The position numbers and the translations under genes were made by a program. A DNA stretch of 63,188 bases, filler included, from Reclinomonas americana ATCC 50394 (lineage: Eukaryota), in the NCBI GenBank assembly GCA_048213135.1. It is 4 parts of 4 records of this genome, joined end to end, with 100 filler letters (N's around TTAATTAATTAA, not from the genome) between each part and the next. Parts side by side here need not be neighbours in the genome. Positions count along the whole stretch, not along the records: positions 1 to 27,963 come from AFZH01018004.1; 3 more parts are not named here. The stretch is one strand, 5' to 3'. Shown here one piece after another: positions 11,944 to 25,036 of this stretch. Position 1 is the first letter of the stretch. Each line of letters starts with the position of its first letter. Under the pieces are notes generated by a model. It worked only from the letters and a program-made list of their open reading frames with translations. It did no database searches and was not told where the DNA came from.

Positions 11944-14900
11944 TCATCTTGAGCCTGCCCGTAGTACGGGGAACGTGCCCGACACCGCGTCATTCATCAA
12001 GCTAAATATCGCCTCCTCCAGAACGAATTCACAAAACTGCTCACGAAGAAGAGAGTGAGATACTGTATGTGTACGCTCATCCGCAACCAGCGACAAACCT
12101 CTACAAACGGTGGCGACGTAAATGCCTCCTGATGCCTCTGCTGGCGTTCCATCTTGGCTTCCATCTTCGGTATCTGGTGCGCCGCTCGCGACGGTGACAG
12201 AATGCCGACACTCGACGCCGGCGACATTGGAGAGTCCGGTACTTTCTTGCCCTCTCCACCAGCATACGACGCCTCCTCGTCGTCGACCTGGCTCATGAAG
12301 GTGCGCATCGGCTGCCGTTGCTCACTGCCAGTGTCGAGCGAGTCCAACACCAGGCCATCGCCACCATCGTTTGGTGGATGCAGCTCGACAAAGTACGGCA
12401 CGCGAGTGGGACCGGCACGCACTGCAGCGATGCAGGTGTGAGACAAGCATCAAAGGACACAAGCTGCAGTCGGCATCACACACACCATCGTGCTCAAAGT
12501 CGGGCGAATGCAGAATGTCTTGGAACATTTCGGAAAACACCGATGTGATGAGCGACGTCAACGGAGCGACCTTGTCGACAACGCCACGGTTGCCGTCGGC
12601 CACATGCGCGAAAGGAATGAAGGCCGCCTTGAACTCGTCGGGGTGCACGGATCTGTGTGCATGCATGAAAGTCGTCAGAGAGCCACATGAACAAAGAGAC
12701 GGTAGCACGAGCAACACAACTGCATTGTCACAATGGCTTGCACGTCGCACAGCAGGCGCAGCGGCACCACGACGGCCGCCGGCGGTGTCACTCCGGGGAT
12801 CTCCTCCTCGCCAGCCTGAATCACATCAGGTCTGCACACGAAACCATTCCGTGAAAGTGAGGACCAGGAGAACAGCAACATGAGGTATTGAGATCACTGC
12901 ACCTTCCACCAGCCGACAGCAAGGTCGACGAGCCGGCACGCGAACGAGGTCCCGCTGGTGACATGGCGTCGAGAGTGGAGATAGATGTCACCGAAGCACG
13001 GCCACCGGCAGCGTAGCCAACACCACCACCCAGCGTGGACTGCGACGGCAGTGCTGTCTTGCTGGCGGTGTTGCTCTTGGAGGCCTGCTTGACGGCAGTC
13101 ATGCTATTGACGGCGGTGGCCACCTGGTACATGCCACGGGGTGGCTGCGCGGTGACCGGCGCACGTTCGGCACGCGTGACCTTGACGACTGGCGGCTCCC
13201 ACTCGAGTCCCTCGTCGAGTGCGCGCTGTCGTGAGGCCAGCAGCTCGTCGTACTTTTCCTTCTCCGTCTGGTTGAGCACTTGGATCGACACCGACGCGTC
13301 GAGGAGATGTGGGTATGCGGCGGTGGCGATGGAGATGCGGCACAGTTGCTGCTGGCCGGGCATCAGCGAGCCACTTGGTGGATGCACGTCCACACCTGTC
13401 GCGTGTGCGCACAAGATCAGCTCCATACACAGAGAGAGAATAAGAGAGAGGGAGGATGCGTACCATCTTCAAACGGAAGCCGAGTGTCAAAAGTGAAGGA
13501 GAACGACTCCTCCGAGGAGGTGTTTGTGAGGAGCACCACCCGATGGTCGAGCGACGAGCACGGCAGCATGCCAAACTCGATCGTGTTGTGCGACAACATC
13601 AGCGGCGTATCGGCGCGCAGTCGCACCACCGACGACACATCCTTCACTGGCGGCAGACCCTCCACCGCTGTGATCGACGGCAATGCGCGACCCGTAGGCG
13701 CTGCTGTTGGCAACTGCTCGACACCAAGTGAGCGTGTGGGGAAAGAAGAGACTGCATCCACAAGAGCACGAAACCTTGGATGGATCTCGGGCCGTCAACG
13801 GTGCCGACGGAGGCGGCATGATGCCCAGGCCACTCAGCCCGAGAGTCACTCGCGAGAACGACTCGACATTGATGGGCAGCGAAAAGTTGTACCGCTTGGC
13901 CTCCAGCGGGCGGAACACCATGCGCAGGTAGACGAGCGAATTCGGTGGCACCACTCCCGACTCACTCTCGGCGTCCACCGACAATACTGGGAAGTCAAAG
14001 TTGCGCTTGGCCAGCTACGCAGAGAGACAAATGAGTGAGTTGGGCCCAGACACAGGGTAAAAATGCTTGCTTCGCACCTCGGCAAGAGCGGCCCCGTCGA
14101 CCGAATAGTGCGCCGGCGTGTCGCCCGAGTTGAACACAGGGACAAGTTGCTTGGGTGGATCCTGGTTGCCGACGGCCACATCGTGGAAGATGCCACCGGC
14201 GGCGCCAGCCCACAGGAACGGTCGACCGGGTTCCATCGTGCGACCGCGCATAAACATGACAGCCTTGCGACCTGCGGCATCGAAGAGAAGCGTGAGAGGC
14301 GACGCACATCGAATGGCACAGGCATGCAAAGCTGCTGAATAACGAACCGTTGCGTACTTCGAGGGAAATCGGCAAGTCGTGCACATCGATGTAGTCGTGG
14401 CGGTACGTCAGCGTCAGCTCCACACTCTCGCCAGATGCCAGCGTACCAGTCTGTGCAACCATCAGTGTCAAACACTAGAAAAGCAAATGGCAGCGCTATG
14501 GGATGGACTCACCCGCGGCTGCACATCAAACAGCTTGTGATCCAACACAAAACTGCGACGAATGTCATCCTCGGAGTGCTCCTCCACATCAGCCCATCGA
14601 TCCACGTCCAACTTTGGCGGCAAAACAAAGTGAGTCTTCCATTCCTTGCCTGTGCAAAGAGAGTGGCAGACGAACCCCCATGTCGTTCGGGAAACGGACG
14701 AGCCACTCGGCCGACAATTCCCCGCGGTTCTCGACCTGGAAGCGGATGACGGTCGGCGCACTTCCAATCACTCGTGAGCCCAGATCGACCACACAGCGTT
14801 CCCATTGCCGGGTCATTTGTGCAAATGTGAATGCGCCGTCGCCCTGCAACTCGGTACCCGGAGCCTCCTCCGACAGGAGTTTGTTCAGCTTGGTCAACGA

Positions 14901-17900
14901 CAAGGCGTTCCACAAAATCGGCTTGGGAATGCCAATCGAACCAACGTCTGTGACACACACGGCAGGGAACTCGCCAGTGCTCACACACTGCGGATAGGGA
15001 GCACCATGAGACTTGACGCGAGTAAACAAAATGTGCTGAAGCAGTCACGCACTGTTGCCACTGGCCAAGTGCCTTGACGCAAAAAGGTGGCAGCGGGTCC
15101 GTCCCTGCGACGCTTGGAACGAGTACTCGCATCCAGCACTTCGCACACGATACGCCACCGGAACACTCGTCGCTCACGAGGAATAAAGAACACCTTGACA
15201 GGCAGCGCACTCCGCGGCCCCAGTTCACCAGAGCCTTGCGAGAAGGAGACCTCGAGTGGGGTCACTGTGAACAAGAGAGACTCGATGAGAGACATTTCGG
15301 ACTAAAGAAGGCCTGACATGCAACTCACCATTCTCGTCCTCCGAGTTGAGCGGATGCAGCACATAGTCGAGCGGGCAGTCGGTGTGATTGTACAACACAA
15401 TCTCCTGCTCGCTGCCCTGCGCCACCTCCACGCAACCAAATTCGACATTCTCCGGCGAGATCTAACAGAGTGCAGATGAGCGACGGTGGTCAACTCGTCC
15501 GCAAGCAGTGAGAAAGGACTATCGCACCGTCACTGCTGAAGAGAGCGCTTGCGCGTGAATGGTGATGGGTATGGTCTTGGCTGCGGGTGAGCGCTGCACA
15601 AAGTCCACTCGGAAGTGAGCAACAACAGAACGTGAGCGAAGACAACGCATGTACGCACATCATCCGGTGCCGCGGCGCCAATGCTCTCCAAATGCGTCTG
15701 CTTCTGCGGAAGAACGGTGCACAGCAGGCGGATCTTGAATCGTCCACGCACACGCGGGTGGAAGCCAAAGGTCACCACGGTCGAGTCGTTGCCACGAATC
15801 ACACCCGTCGGCGTGTCCGTCGACAGAATGTTGCGGTACTCGGGCGGGATGTCGATCTGTCGGCCACACAAATTTAGTCCTCATGTGCACAGAAAAAGGA
15901 CTGCAGGAAAACAAACGCACATCGAATGCGAGCGGCACGCGTGAGGGATTGTGGATGGTGACGTCTTGCGACGACGTGGCGCCAATGTGCGTCGGCTGGA
16001 ATACCACAGGCGACGGCGTCATCACCAGCGACGGCAAGTGGCACTGGCCGTAGAACTGCACACGCAGCGAGTGCGCTCGCTGTCCGTTGAGCACGCACAT
16101 CATGGAGGTGGAGGCGGACTGCGCCGATAATAAAATGTTAGTGCGTGAGTCGACAAGAGATGTGCGTCTATGTGCAGCTCACCCCTGTGCGCGTTGGCGC
16201 GTACTTGGCAGCCACAACCACAAACGTTTGTGCTGGAATCACACCCGACGACGGCAACAACACAAAGTCGGATACACCATCCGCCTGCGCGATTTTCACG
16301 GACCGAGTGAGCGAGTGCACGACAGGAAGCCGCTGCAAATGAGCTCTGTACACACCTGGAAACGGAAGGAGGCTGGTGTGTCGGCCGTGTTTTGCAGCAC
16401 AATCGTCTGCAGGCTGGTTTCATGCGGCGAGCATGGCGCAAATACCACTTGCCGCGGTCGCACTTGCACCGACGGCAAAAACGGCGTGCGACTGCTGTCA
16501 AACGTGTTGCACAGCATCTGCAGCTCCACCATGTACGGCGGCGGCAGTGTGCGCGCATCGGCCAAGCGGAAGGTGCGGTTGTTCTTGAAAATGGCAAAGA
16601 TCTGTGCGCCCTGCTCGAAATACATGTCGGCGACCGGCGGCTTGCAGGTCACGCGCAGTGACAACTGTCCGTATGGCGCCAGGTCGAAGGTGTGCGGAGA
16701 AACATCAAAGGCTCTACACAGCCAGCCAGTGTGAGGGCCAGAGGGCAAAGAGAAAAACAATGGATTCTTCCACGAAACTTGCCACGGCACTCCACAGTGC
16801 ACATCAGCTTGCCGCTCGTGCGATTCGTCACTTGGATGGTGCGCACTTCGTTGCGTGAGCTTCCGATACTTCCAAAGTCAATCACAGACTCGGAGATCGC
16901 CAGCTGTGCAGGAGGTGAGTGGACTGCAAGGGGAAAGCATGATGCTGCCGGAGTTGGTTCCTCACCGGTGCATCGGGCTCGGTGCCGACAGCAAACAACT
17001 CGCGCACCGACAGCGGCTGCTGCGATTCGAGTCCGCGATTCGACGCCATTAGAGTCATGGACGACGGGCCCGCTGGTTCGCTGCTGACGGCCGAGCGGAC
17101 AAGGCGAGCTGGGGAAGCGGAGGTGAGGCGCGAGCGACAACAAGCTGACGAGTGGGCAGTACAAAGGGATCACACACCGAGTTCTGCCTCGGCGTCATTG
17201 TGTGGCTCGAACTCATTGGCAGCAAACGTGGCGAGTTCCTCCGGTGTGAGCTGCAGAGGAGCGGTGAGTTGTCAACTCCTGCGTGCAATCCAACAATAAT
17301 GCTTCTTCACCTGTGCGAATCCAAGAGCTCGTCGCGCAACATACGAGTCCACATGGTGCTGGTACAGCGGCGCTGGGCGCGACGATTCGTTGTAGGCTGT
17401 GCCCAGCAGATCGACGTACTGCAAGGAGATTTCCATGTCAGGCACAACCAGGAGCAGCGCTCTCTGTCTCATCATGCAACACACCAGTGGCAACTGGTCC
17501 TTGATGAGAACGGGGATTCGGCAAAAGTAGTTGATGGGATGCGACGGTTGCCAGGTGACTGTGACCTGCACTTCTGTCTCCGGCTGCACACGGACGGAAA
17601 GAGAGAAGCAGGTGAGCAACGGTGGCTTGGATGGGCTGATGCCTTCAAGTAGACAAACCCGCATGAGCAAGAACTTGGGCTGGATGGTGAATGCCGTCTG
17701 CGGTGGGGCGCGGAAGTACACCATGGCCATGGCTCGGGTGCGGTTGAACACCGTCAGGGTGCGGACGAGTGACGGAGCGCGATTCATGTCGTGTTCGCCG
17801 AATTGGATCGAGTTGGTGCTGATGCTAATGTCGGGGCCGCCAGCCGATCCCAGGCAGTGCACGCGCACCGTGTTGCCGCCGGGAGAGCGCACCTCAAAGT

Positions 17901-19227
17901 GCTCCGAATCAAACGAGCCCAGACTCTGCGGTGCGTACGTCACCGTGATCTCCACCTCCTTCTCCGGCTCCAGCAAGCCCTCCGACTTGTCGACACTAAA
18001 CACCGTCTCCACACCACTCTCCACGTGCACAATCTCGTAGAACGCATGTACCTGGCGGTGAAGTGAGGGTGCGAGACGACACCCACGCACACGCAGTGGC
18101 ATCATCACTCACCTGACTGCGATTCTGAATGACAAACTTGCGCTGCTGACGGTCCTCACAGACCACCTGACCAAAGTCGAGTTCCCTCTCCGGAACCACA
18201 AAGTACGGGTACTTGCCAATGCCACTGAGCTTCATACTCTGATCCGGGATCTGCACCGCACCGACGGCAGTCGCACGGACCACAGTCGTGGCCACAAACA
18301 CCGACGCATCGGTGGGATGAAACGCGGCCTCCATGGTCGCCGACTCGCCAGGAAGCAGATCCAAGCGATCGGGAGTCACCGAGAACGGAGCCACGGCACT
18401 CCAGCGCAGACTCAGTGGCACCTGACCCGTGTTGCTAATGGGAAACGTGGCGTGCGCCGTCTGATTCACCGCGCAAAAGTTGAAATCGTGATGCGTGGGG
18501 ATCTCCAGCGACGGGCGCGGCAGCAGCGCCAGCACCTGCACGTGGAAGCTGCCCCGCTCCGTGATGATCTCAATGGAGTCCGAGCACACCTCCTGCGCGA
18601 GAGAAGGGGGTGAGAAGAGGAGAAGACGAGAAGGGAGTGAAGAGTAGAAGGGAGTGAGAGAAAGGTTAAGGTGATACGCTGTTGTTCGCAGTTCAGATAG
18701 GTATGATCTGCTGCAGCAAGACGATGCTGTACACGTGCAGAAGGAGAAGAGAGACAGAGAGAGAGAGAGTGGAGAGAGACTGACCTCCACCAGTGGCCTG
18801 AACTTGATCTCCAGTGCGAGGCTCATTCCCGCAGAGATGCGCACTGGGTCGGGGTACTCCATGAAGAAAACCTCCTTGGTCGGCAGCTGCAAGCACAGTG
18901 GAGTCAGAGACAGAGAGACAGAGACAGAGACTGAGATGAGCGTGTGATGCACCTTGTACGACACCACTTGCAGTTTCTTGGCCACATTCTTCACCACCAG
19001 CGTGCGCACGTACTCGCCACCAGGCTCCCTGTGTGCATTCACGTCAGTGGGAGCGCGTGGAGAGTGAACTTCTCTCTCTCTCTTTCTCTCTCAGTGACTC
19101 ACCAGTCGCGAAAGATGACTTGCGTGGGACAGTCCACCGCATACTTGCGCATGCGCGCCTGCCGCCGCTCGCGCTCGGCCTTGGGCGGCACAGCCGATGA
19201 AGGACGCGATGAGCCCGCGACACTCAT
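11944..19227 (-). CDS. CFAP65: Cilia- and flagella-associated protein 65 (CCDC108, ASH/MSP Ig-like repeats), multi-exon
   Basis: EPGGEYVRTLVVKNV...FFMEYPDPVRISAGMSLALEIKFRPL, repeated DFG/NTG/F-x-P ASH-type modules, PINYFCRIPVLIKDQLPL, YVDLLGTAY...RPAPL, and C-terminal FVLEEAIFSLMNDA; ATG 19227, TGA 11944. Confidence 0.9.
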
Positions 19228-19290
19228 AATGTGTGTGATTGAAAAGAGTAAACGTTCACAGTTTCATTGAGCGAGCGGATCGTGGAAAAA

Positions 19291-19315
19291 CGTGCATTGC
19301 CAATTGTATTGCACG
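19291..19315. promoter_or_regulatory. Imperfect palindrome in the 94-bp divergent CFAP65/SAXO4-like spacer
   Basis: cgtgcattgccaattgtattgcacg (arms cgtgca/tgcacg, central caattg) between ATGs at 19227(-) and 19322(+). Function is inferred only from position. Confidence 0.3.
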
Positions 19316-19321
19316 AGAGCC

Positions 19322-22300
19322 ATGCTGCGCGGGTTCTCCACTGGAGGCTCCAGTGATCCCTTTGATCACTTTGCCACAGTTGCGTGTGTGCACGTGAGCG
19401 CGAGTGTGTGTGTGCGTGTGTCCGCATTTATTGGCTTGTGTACTGCCGTTATGTAGACAACGCGTGCCCTCTCCTCACACACTCACACACACACACGCGC
19501 TCTCTCGTGCAGGAGAAGTCAGTCAAGTTCATTCGCAGCAGCAGCAGTGTGTCTCCGGAGCGACAGGCCAACACGCGTCTGCGTGCGAGCACTGGCGGGC
19601 TTGTGAGCAGTGGTTTTGCGGCAAATTTCTTCGGGCCTGTGCTCGGAGGGGGAGACAGCAGTGCTGCTGGGGAGAACCTGGACATCCCTCCGCGTCCTGC
19701 GCTGCGAGCGTCGCTGGATAATCCCGTCGTCGATCATGCCAGCAAACGCCTCGTCCTGCGCGAGACCCTTCATCAGGCGCAGTTCCGCAATCCCTCTGAC
19801 CGGCGGAATGCACGACAGGTGCGCAGTGCATACAGGGGCGAGAGAGAGACACGCAGAGGCCGGCAAGCTCACTGGGAGAGAAATATTAATTTTTGTGATA
19901 TCTTCCGTGTTTGTGGAGTGCCGCGGCTCATTCATCACTCCTTGTTTTGCTGCAGATTGCTCGCGTCAAGTGTCAGGTGACGAATATGGCGCACGTTGAG
20001 GCGCAGATGAGCACGGGGTATAAGCGGAATTATGGGCCGAAGCCGATTCCGCGCTCACTTGCACCGGTGAGCCTCATTTGTATGCTGGGTGTCAACACGT
20101 GCAGTGACCTAACGTGTGTGTGAGTGCAGGGTGAGCCGGCGGTGCTGGAGTCGTCGACGCAGCTGGCGTATGGTCAGCGCGAGGGCTTGCTGGTGGAGAC
20201 GCATGCGCGTGGGCGGTCATTGACGCCACCGCCGATGGGTGGGCGTGCGCGGGTGTCGGCGTTTACGCAGAACCACAGTCCGCCGCCACCTCCCGAGCGC
20301 CCGCTGAGTGGCATGTCTGAGTATGCGGTGAGTCGCGAGAGGGGGAAGGGTGAGGGGGAAAGGAGAAGGGGAAGGACGGGGAGGGAGAGAAAGGGGAAGG
20401 GGGAAGGGGAAGGGGGAAGGGGAAGGGGAAGGGGAAGGGGAAGGGAAGAGCGAGTTGTAGAAGTTGTAACCACAGCCCACCGAGTGGCCGCTTAGTGGCA
20501 TGTCTGAGTATGCGGTGATTCGCGAGAGGGGGAAGGGTGAGGGGGAAAGGGGAAGGGGAAGGGCGGGGAGGGAGAGAAAGGGGAAGGGGGAAGGGGAAAG
20601 TGCGAGCTTGGTGTGGATGTCGAAGTGTTGTAAGAAACGGTTGAACCACCGCCCGCCGCCGCCTCCCGAATGGCCGCTGTGTGGCATGTTTGAGTATGCG
20701 GTCAGTCCCAAGAGGGGGAAGGATGAGGCGAAAGGGGAAACGGGGGAGGGGGACGGGGGAAGGGGAGAGGGGGAGGGGAAGAGCGAGACATAGAAGGTAA
20801 CCACCGCCCGCCGCCGCCCCCGTTGAGTGGCATGTCTGAGTATGCGGTCAGTCGCAAGAGGGGGAAGGCAGGGGAAATGGAGGGAAAGGGCGAGCTTGGT
20901 GTTGGAGAGAGAAACGTAGAATTTTGAAAAGAACGGAACACAGATTGCAAGTGAGACACACAACACGTGCCTGTTCTAATCTCTCTTGCAACAGGCGCAC
21001 TACAAACGCGAGGGCACTCCCGACATGTCGCAGCTGGCGACATCGGCCTCGCAGCCGCCGCGCCACCAAATCAGCACCGTGCAACAGCTTGGCCTGCAGA
21101 ACAGTTTCGTCAGCCCCGTCGAATACAAGAGTACGTCGTGTCTCGCCACTCACTGCTTCATGCAGTTCTCGATCCCACTGGTTTCTCCAAACATCGCCAG
21201 GCCGCGTCTACCGTGGTGCCTTTCAAGACGGAGCACCGTCGAGGTGAGTGTGTTTCACGCTCCTCAATTCTTCATAGGAGTGCTCGGAAATTCACACTGC
21301 GTGCAGCACAAACGGCGCCCGAATTTGTGCACCCATCCATTGTGCGCCGCTTGCGCAACAAAGCGCCGGCGGCGTATGGTGTCATGGTGGAGCCTGGTGC
21401 GTCGGAGCACCTTGATCATATTCTTCATGCGTTGTGATCACTCACCCGCTTCCTCGTCTCCGCCAGATCCGTACCAAACCACCACCCGCCTCAGCTACTC
21501 GGATCATCCGCTCGGTGGCATCCATGGCGTCGCGGAGGCCGACCAACCCGGTGCGACCGCCACGCGCAAGCAGGATGCATCGCTGTCGCCCAACAAGTTG
21601 CGTGCGCGAGTCAGGCGACGAGTCGACAATGACGTTTCCTCACGCGTGAGTGTGTGCGCAGGCGTGCATTGGGCAGTGGATTCCACACGGGTAACAGCAC
21701 ACATGCGCCCGAGGAGTGGGCAAAGGGCGCCCTGAAGACAACCTACAGCAAGGAGGTGAGTGGGAGGCAAGAAAATGAAAGAATGTTCGTTGCACTCACT
21801 TTTCGTCTCCTCAGCTGTCAAAACCAATGGCCAAGGCCGGTCGAGACGGCGAAGGCAGCAACGTGAACGCCTCTGGCGTGCTGATGCATGCCATTGGTCT
21901 CACACCGACAGTGGTGGCGCAAGTCATGACCAAGAGCGGCGAGATGCAGCAGGTGAGTGAGCGATAGAGGGAGCAAAACGATGGTGATCTGTGGAGCTAA
22001 CTTTGATGCGGCAGGCCGCCTCTGCACCGTCCATTGTGTCCTCGGTGACCACGCGCCCACTGGGTGCCGCGAGTGCGCCGGGCGTGCGCCTCAGTACGCC
22101 GCCTGACAAGGCCAATGTGTCGCGCGTGGAGCTGGCACGCAACTACCGCGGCCGCGCCAAAGGTAGTGGCTTTTGGGCCGGCCAGGCCGACAGTGTCACC
22201 ACGGGTTCGTGGAAGACGCCGTTGGACATTAGCGGTGGTGTCGACGACAAGGCCAAGCACCCGACCATCCAACGGTGAGTGTCGGCTGAGCAAACTATGA

Positions 22301-22424
22301 TTGCCACCCTGTCGACTCATGCTCACTTGCACCGCACGCCAGAATGATGCTCATCCGCGATCCGACCATGCCGGGTGGATCTGCGCAGCTGAATTACGCA
22401 CACAAGAGCCGTCCGCGCGAGTGA
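19322..22424 (+). CDS. SAXO4/PPP1R32-like ciliary microtubule inner protein, multi-exon
   Basis: Starts MLRGFSTGGSSDPFDHFAT, then SGFAANF...ASLDNP, repeated SG[FY]/TG[FY] and T/S-x5-Y modules (SEYA|AHY, DPYQTTTRLSY, KTTYSKE), and ends HPTIQRMMLIRDP...; the pattern resembles remembered PPP1R32 termini. Confidence 0.6.
20270..20870 (+). repeat. Four tandem copies (~150-190 bp spacing) of exon 3' end + donor + purine tract
   Basis: gtggcatgt(c/t)tgagtatgcg|gt at the real donor 20328 and again with donors at 20515, 20701 and 20847, all inside intron 20328-20994. Confidence 0.9.
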
Positions 22425-22619
22425 GGTAGGCAGAGAAGAAAAACAAAAGCCGCTGCCGTGGAGGAGCGGTGAACCGAAAAATGAGTACTCGCCGTGTATT
22501 TGTATTGTTTTTTCCGACGTGTTTTTTTGTTGCTCCCTTCTTGCTGTAAATGTACGCATTTGCAGCGACAACTCAACGTTCTATTCGATCGACATTCTGG
22601 TTTGTTTTTTTCTGTGGCG

Positions 22620-22883
22620 ATGGAGAGCGTTAGTGTGCCGCAGTATACCATTGAGTTGCTGGAGGCCTGCTTGAAAGTGAGCCTGGCCAAGACAAGCAGT
22701 GAGATCGATGACATTCTGCAGCAGGTGCTACAAAAGGCGCAGCCGCCAGCGGCCACCATGGCCAGACTGCAGAGGCGACTGCTGCTGACGGCGATGGAGA
22801 GGAAGCAGGAGATTGGGGCGACTGAGGATCACGTTGGCCACTTGCAGCGACAACTTGCTGGAATGATGAAGTGCATGGAGTGA
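22620..22883 (+). CDS. Hypothetical 87-aa helical/coiled-coil protein (apparently single exon)
   Basis: Open frame MESVSVPQYTIELLEACLK...HLQRQLAGMMKCME with coding-like codon usage, preceded by a T-rich leader. No family recognised. Confidence 0.45.
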   Translation: MESVSVPQYTIELLEACLKVSLAKTSSEIDDILQQVLQKAQPPAATMARLQRRLLLTAMERKQEIGATEDHVGHLQRQLAGMMKCME

Positions 22884-23130
22884 GAGAAAGAGACAGAGGC
22901 AGAGAGCGTGAGAGCGTGAATGCAGTGCGTGTGTGCGGCGCTTGCAGCAAGAGGAGATGTGCGTGTGATATGCGTTGTGTAAAAACCGCCGTCATTTCTC
23001 ACATCTCGCATCAAAAAAACGCATGATACACTGTGACTCCCGCTCGATGTCATTGACGCCGCACACTGGAAGAAGAGAAAAAGAAACACAACACTGCTCT
23101 AAAGAAAGAAACCATTCCGCTCCAGCGTCC

Positions 23131-24499
23131 TCACTTGTGCCGGCGCTTGTCAATGGCCACGCACACATCACCGAACACGAGGTCTGCGGACACACACACA
23201 ATCAGAGGCCGGCGGGTATCGAAAAGCAGCAAGCGACTAGCAAGGACGTACTCTTGTCACGGTTGCCGTCGACTCGCTCCAGCACGTTGTCGTACGACTA
23301 GCACAGCACAAGTCAGCGGATGCATCGATTTCTCAACTCCAACACGCGCACACACACACACTCACCGAGAGAATTGCCTGCAGATTGGAGTGGAAGTTGC
23401 CGATGCGCACGCGCACCGTCTCGGCCGTGTCGTCGGCGCGCTGCACGAGGCGTGCAATCACCTGTGCAACGGATTCAAGCATGTGAGAACAACGGAAATA
23501 AACACAAAGGGGAGAGTGGTGGTGCGAACGGACCTCGGGCTCGGTGGGCGGCGAGAACTTCATGTGGTAGATCTTGCCAGTGTCTGGGTCGGTGCGGCGA
23601 CCCGTCACACGCTCCTCGAGGGCCTGCAGTCACGGTGGTCAGCCGAGCGACGGAGAAAGCAACAATGAAAAGAAACCACCAACCTCATCCGGCACCTCCA
23701 CCAGCACAAACACGTCAGCTGCAATGCCCGCCTGCTTCAGCGCCTCGGCCTGTGCATTGGTGCGCGGGAAGCTGCACCGTCCACCGCAGAGTGAGCAACT
23801 ATCAAGCAACAGCTCCACAGTGTTGCTTGTTACGCAACCCATCCAACAGCCATCCCCTCTCCTGGCAGTCCTTCTCCTGCAACCGCGCCTTGACCATATC
23901 AATGAGCAGCTCATCGGGGACGAGTCCACCGCTCTCCATAAACGTCTTGGCCTGCTGGCCACGCTCAGTGCCTTTCCAACAGAGAGATATCAATGAGAAA
24001 TTTCATGCATAAAAAATCACGAAAACAACTCAAAGGACGCTCACCGGCCTTGACCTCTGCGCGCAGCAGATCTGCAATAGTGAAGACGAGAGGAGCGAGA
24101 GAGAGAGAGAGTGGACATGAGTTGATGATATTTCTTGTTGCAAACTGTCAACAGCAACTGTCAAGTAATGCATACCGCCTGTGCTAATGTGCACCACGTT
24201 GTACCTGATTGTGCGTGAGAGAAAGAGGAAAAGAGAGAGAGAGAGTGAGTATGTGCAATGCATGAGAGAGTCGGAACAATTACTCAACTTGGCGACGATC
24301 AGCTCACACTGAGTGCCCTTGCCGGAGGCCGGTGCACCAGCAATGATAATGCGCGGGGGTGCGCCAGTGGTGGAAACTGTGTGTGTGCGCGCGTTTGTGT
24401 GAGTGACATGTTTGCGTTTTTTCTTTGCTTTTCTTGCGAAAAGAGGTGAGGGTACGTACCACCACCCTCGGAGACGGGAACAGAAGTGCCGCAGCCCAT
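23131..24499 (-). CDS. Adenylate kinase with N-terminal dual acylation motif, multi-exon
   Basis: MGCGTS N-terminus; P-loop [60 protein letters not shown] at 23131. Confidence 0.93.
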
Positions 24500-25036
24500 T
24501 TGATGCAGAGAGAATGGCGTGTGAGTGTGGCGAGAAAAATCAACTGACGGGACGTGTGGGACGTGGATTGGATTGGAGGAGAACGAGATGCTCTCTGGGA
24601 GAAAGCCATCGTGCACGTTGCTCTTACTGGCGACGGAGGAGGCGCTAGTGTGTGCGCGGGTGTGCGAGGATTTGGATGCATGCACGCAGGACACGACAAG
24701 AGTTGAAACAATTGTTGCCGGCTTTGCAACAAAGAGCGACTGCGCGCTGGAGTGGGCTGCACCTTAACCTTGTATCTCTCTGTTGCAGCTGACGTTGTTT
24801 CGTCTGCAGCAAGCGCTTCGCATGATGAAGCAAAGCTCGACGTCGACGTCGACAACCATTCACCGGCACAGCACGAGCCGGCATCACGCACAGCGCTCCT
24901 CCCCACGCACCCTCTGCTCTCTTTATATCTTTACGCTCCTGTAGAGTGATATCACCTGTCTGTGCGATCATCGTCGCGACGTCCTCGCTAAAAATCCAAT
25001 TTGCACTGCCTCGTGCTCTCATTCAACACGCCAGTC

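Noticed and set aside
24500..25036. ORFs between the adenylate kinase and rhomboid starts
   Set aside because: No recognisable domain or consistent exon structure; treated as divergent intergenic or UTR sequence.
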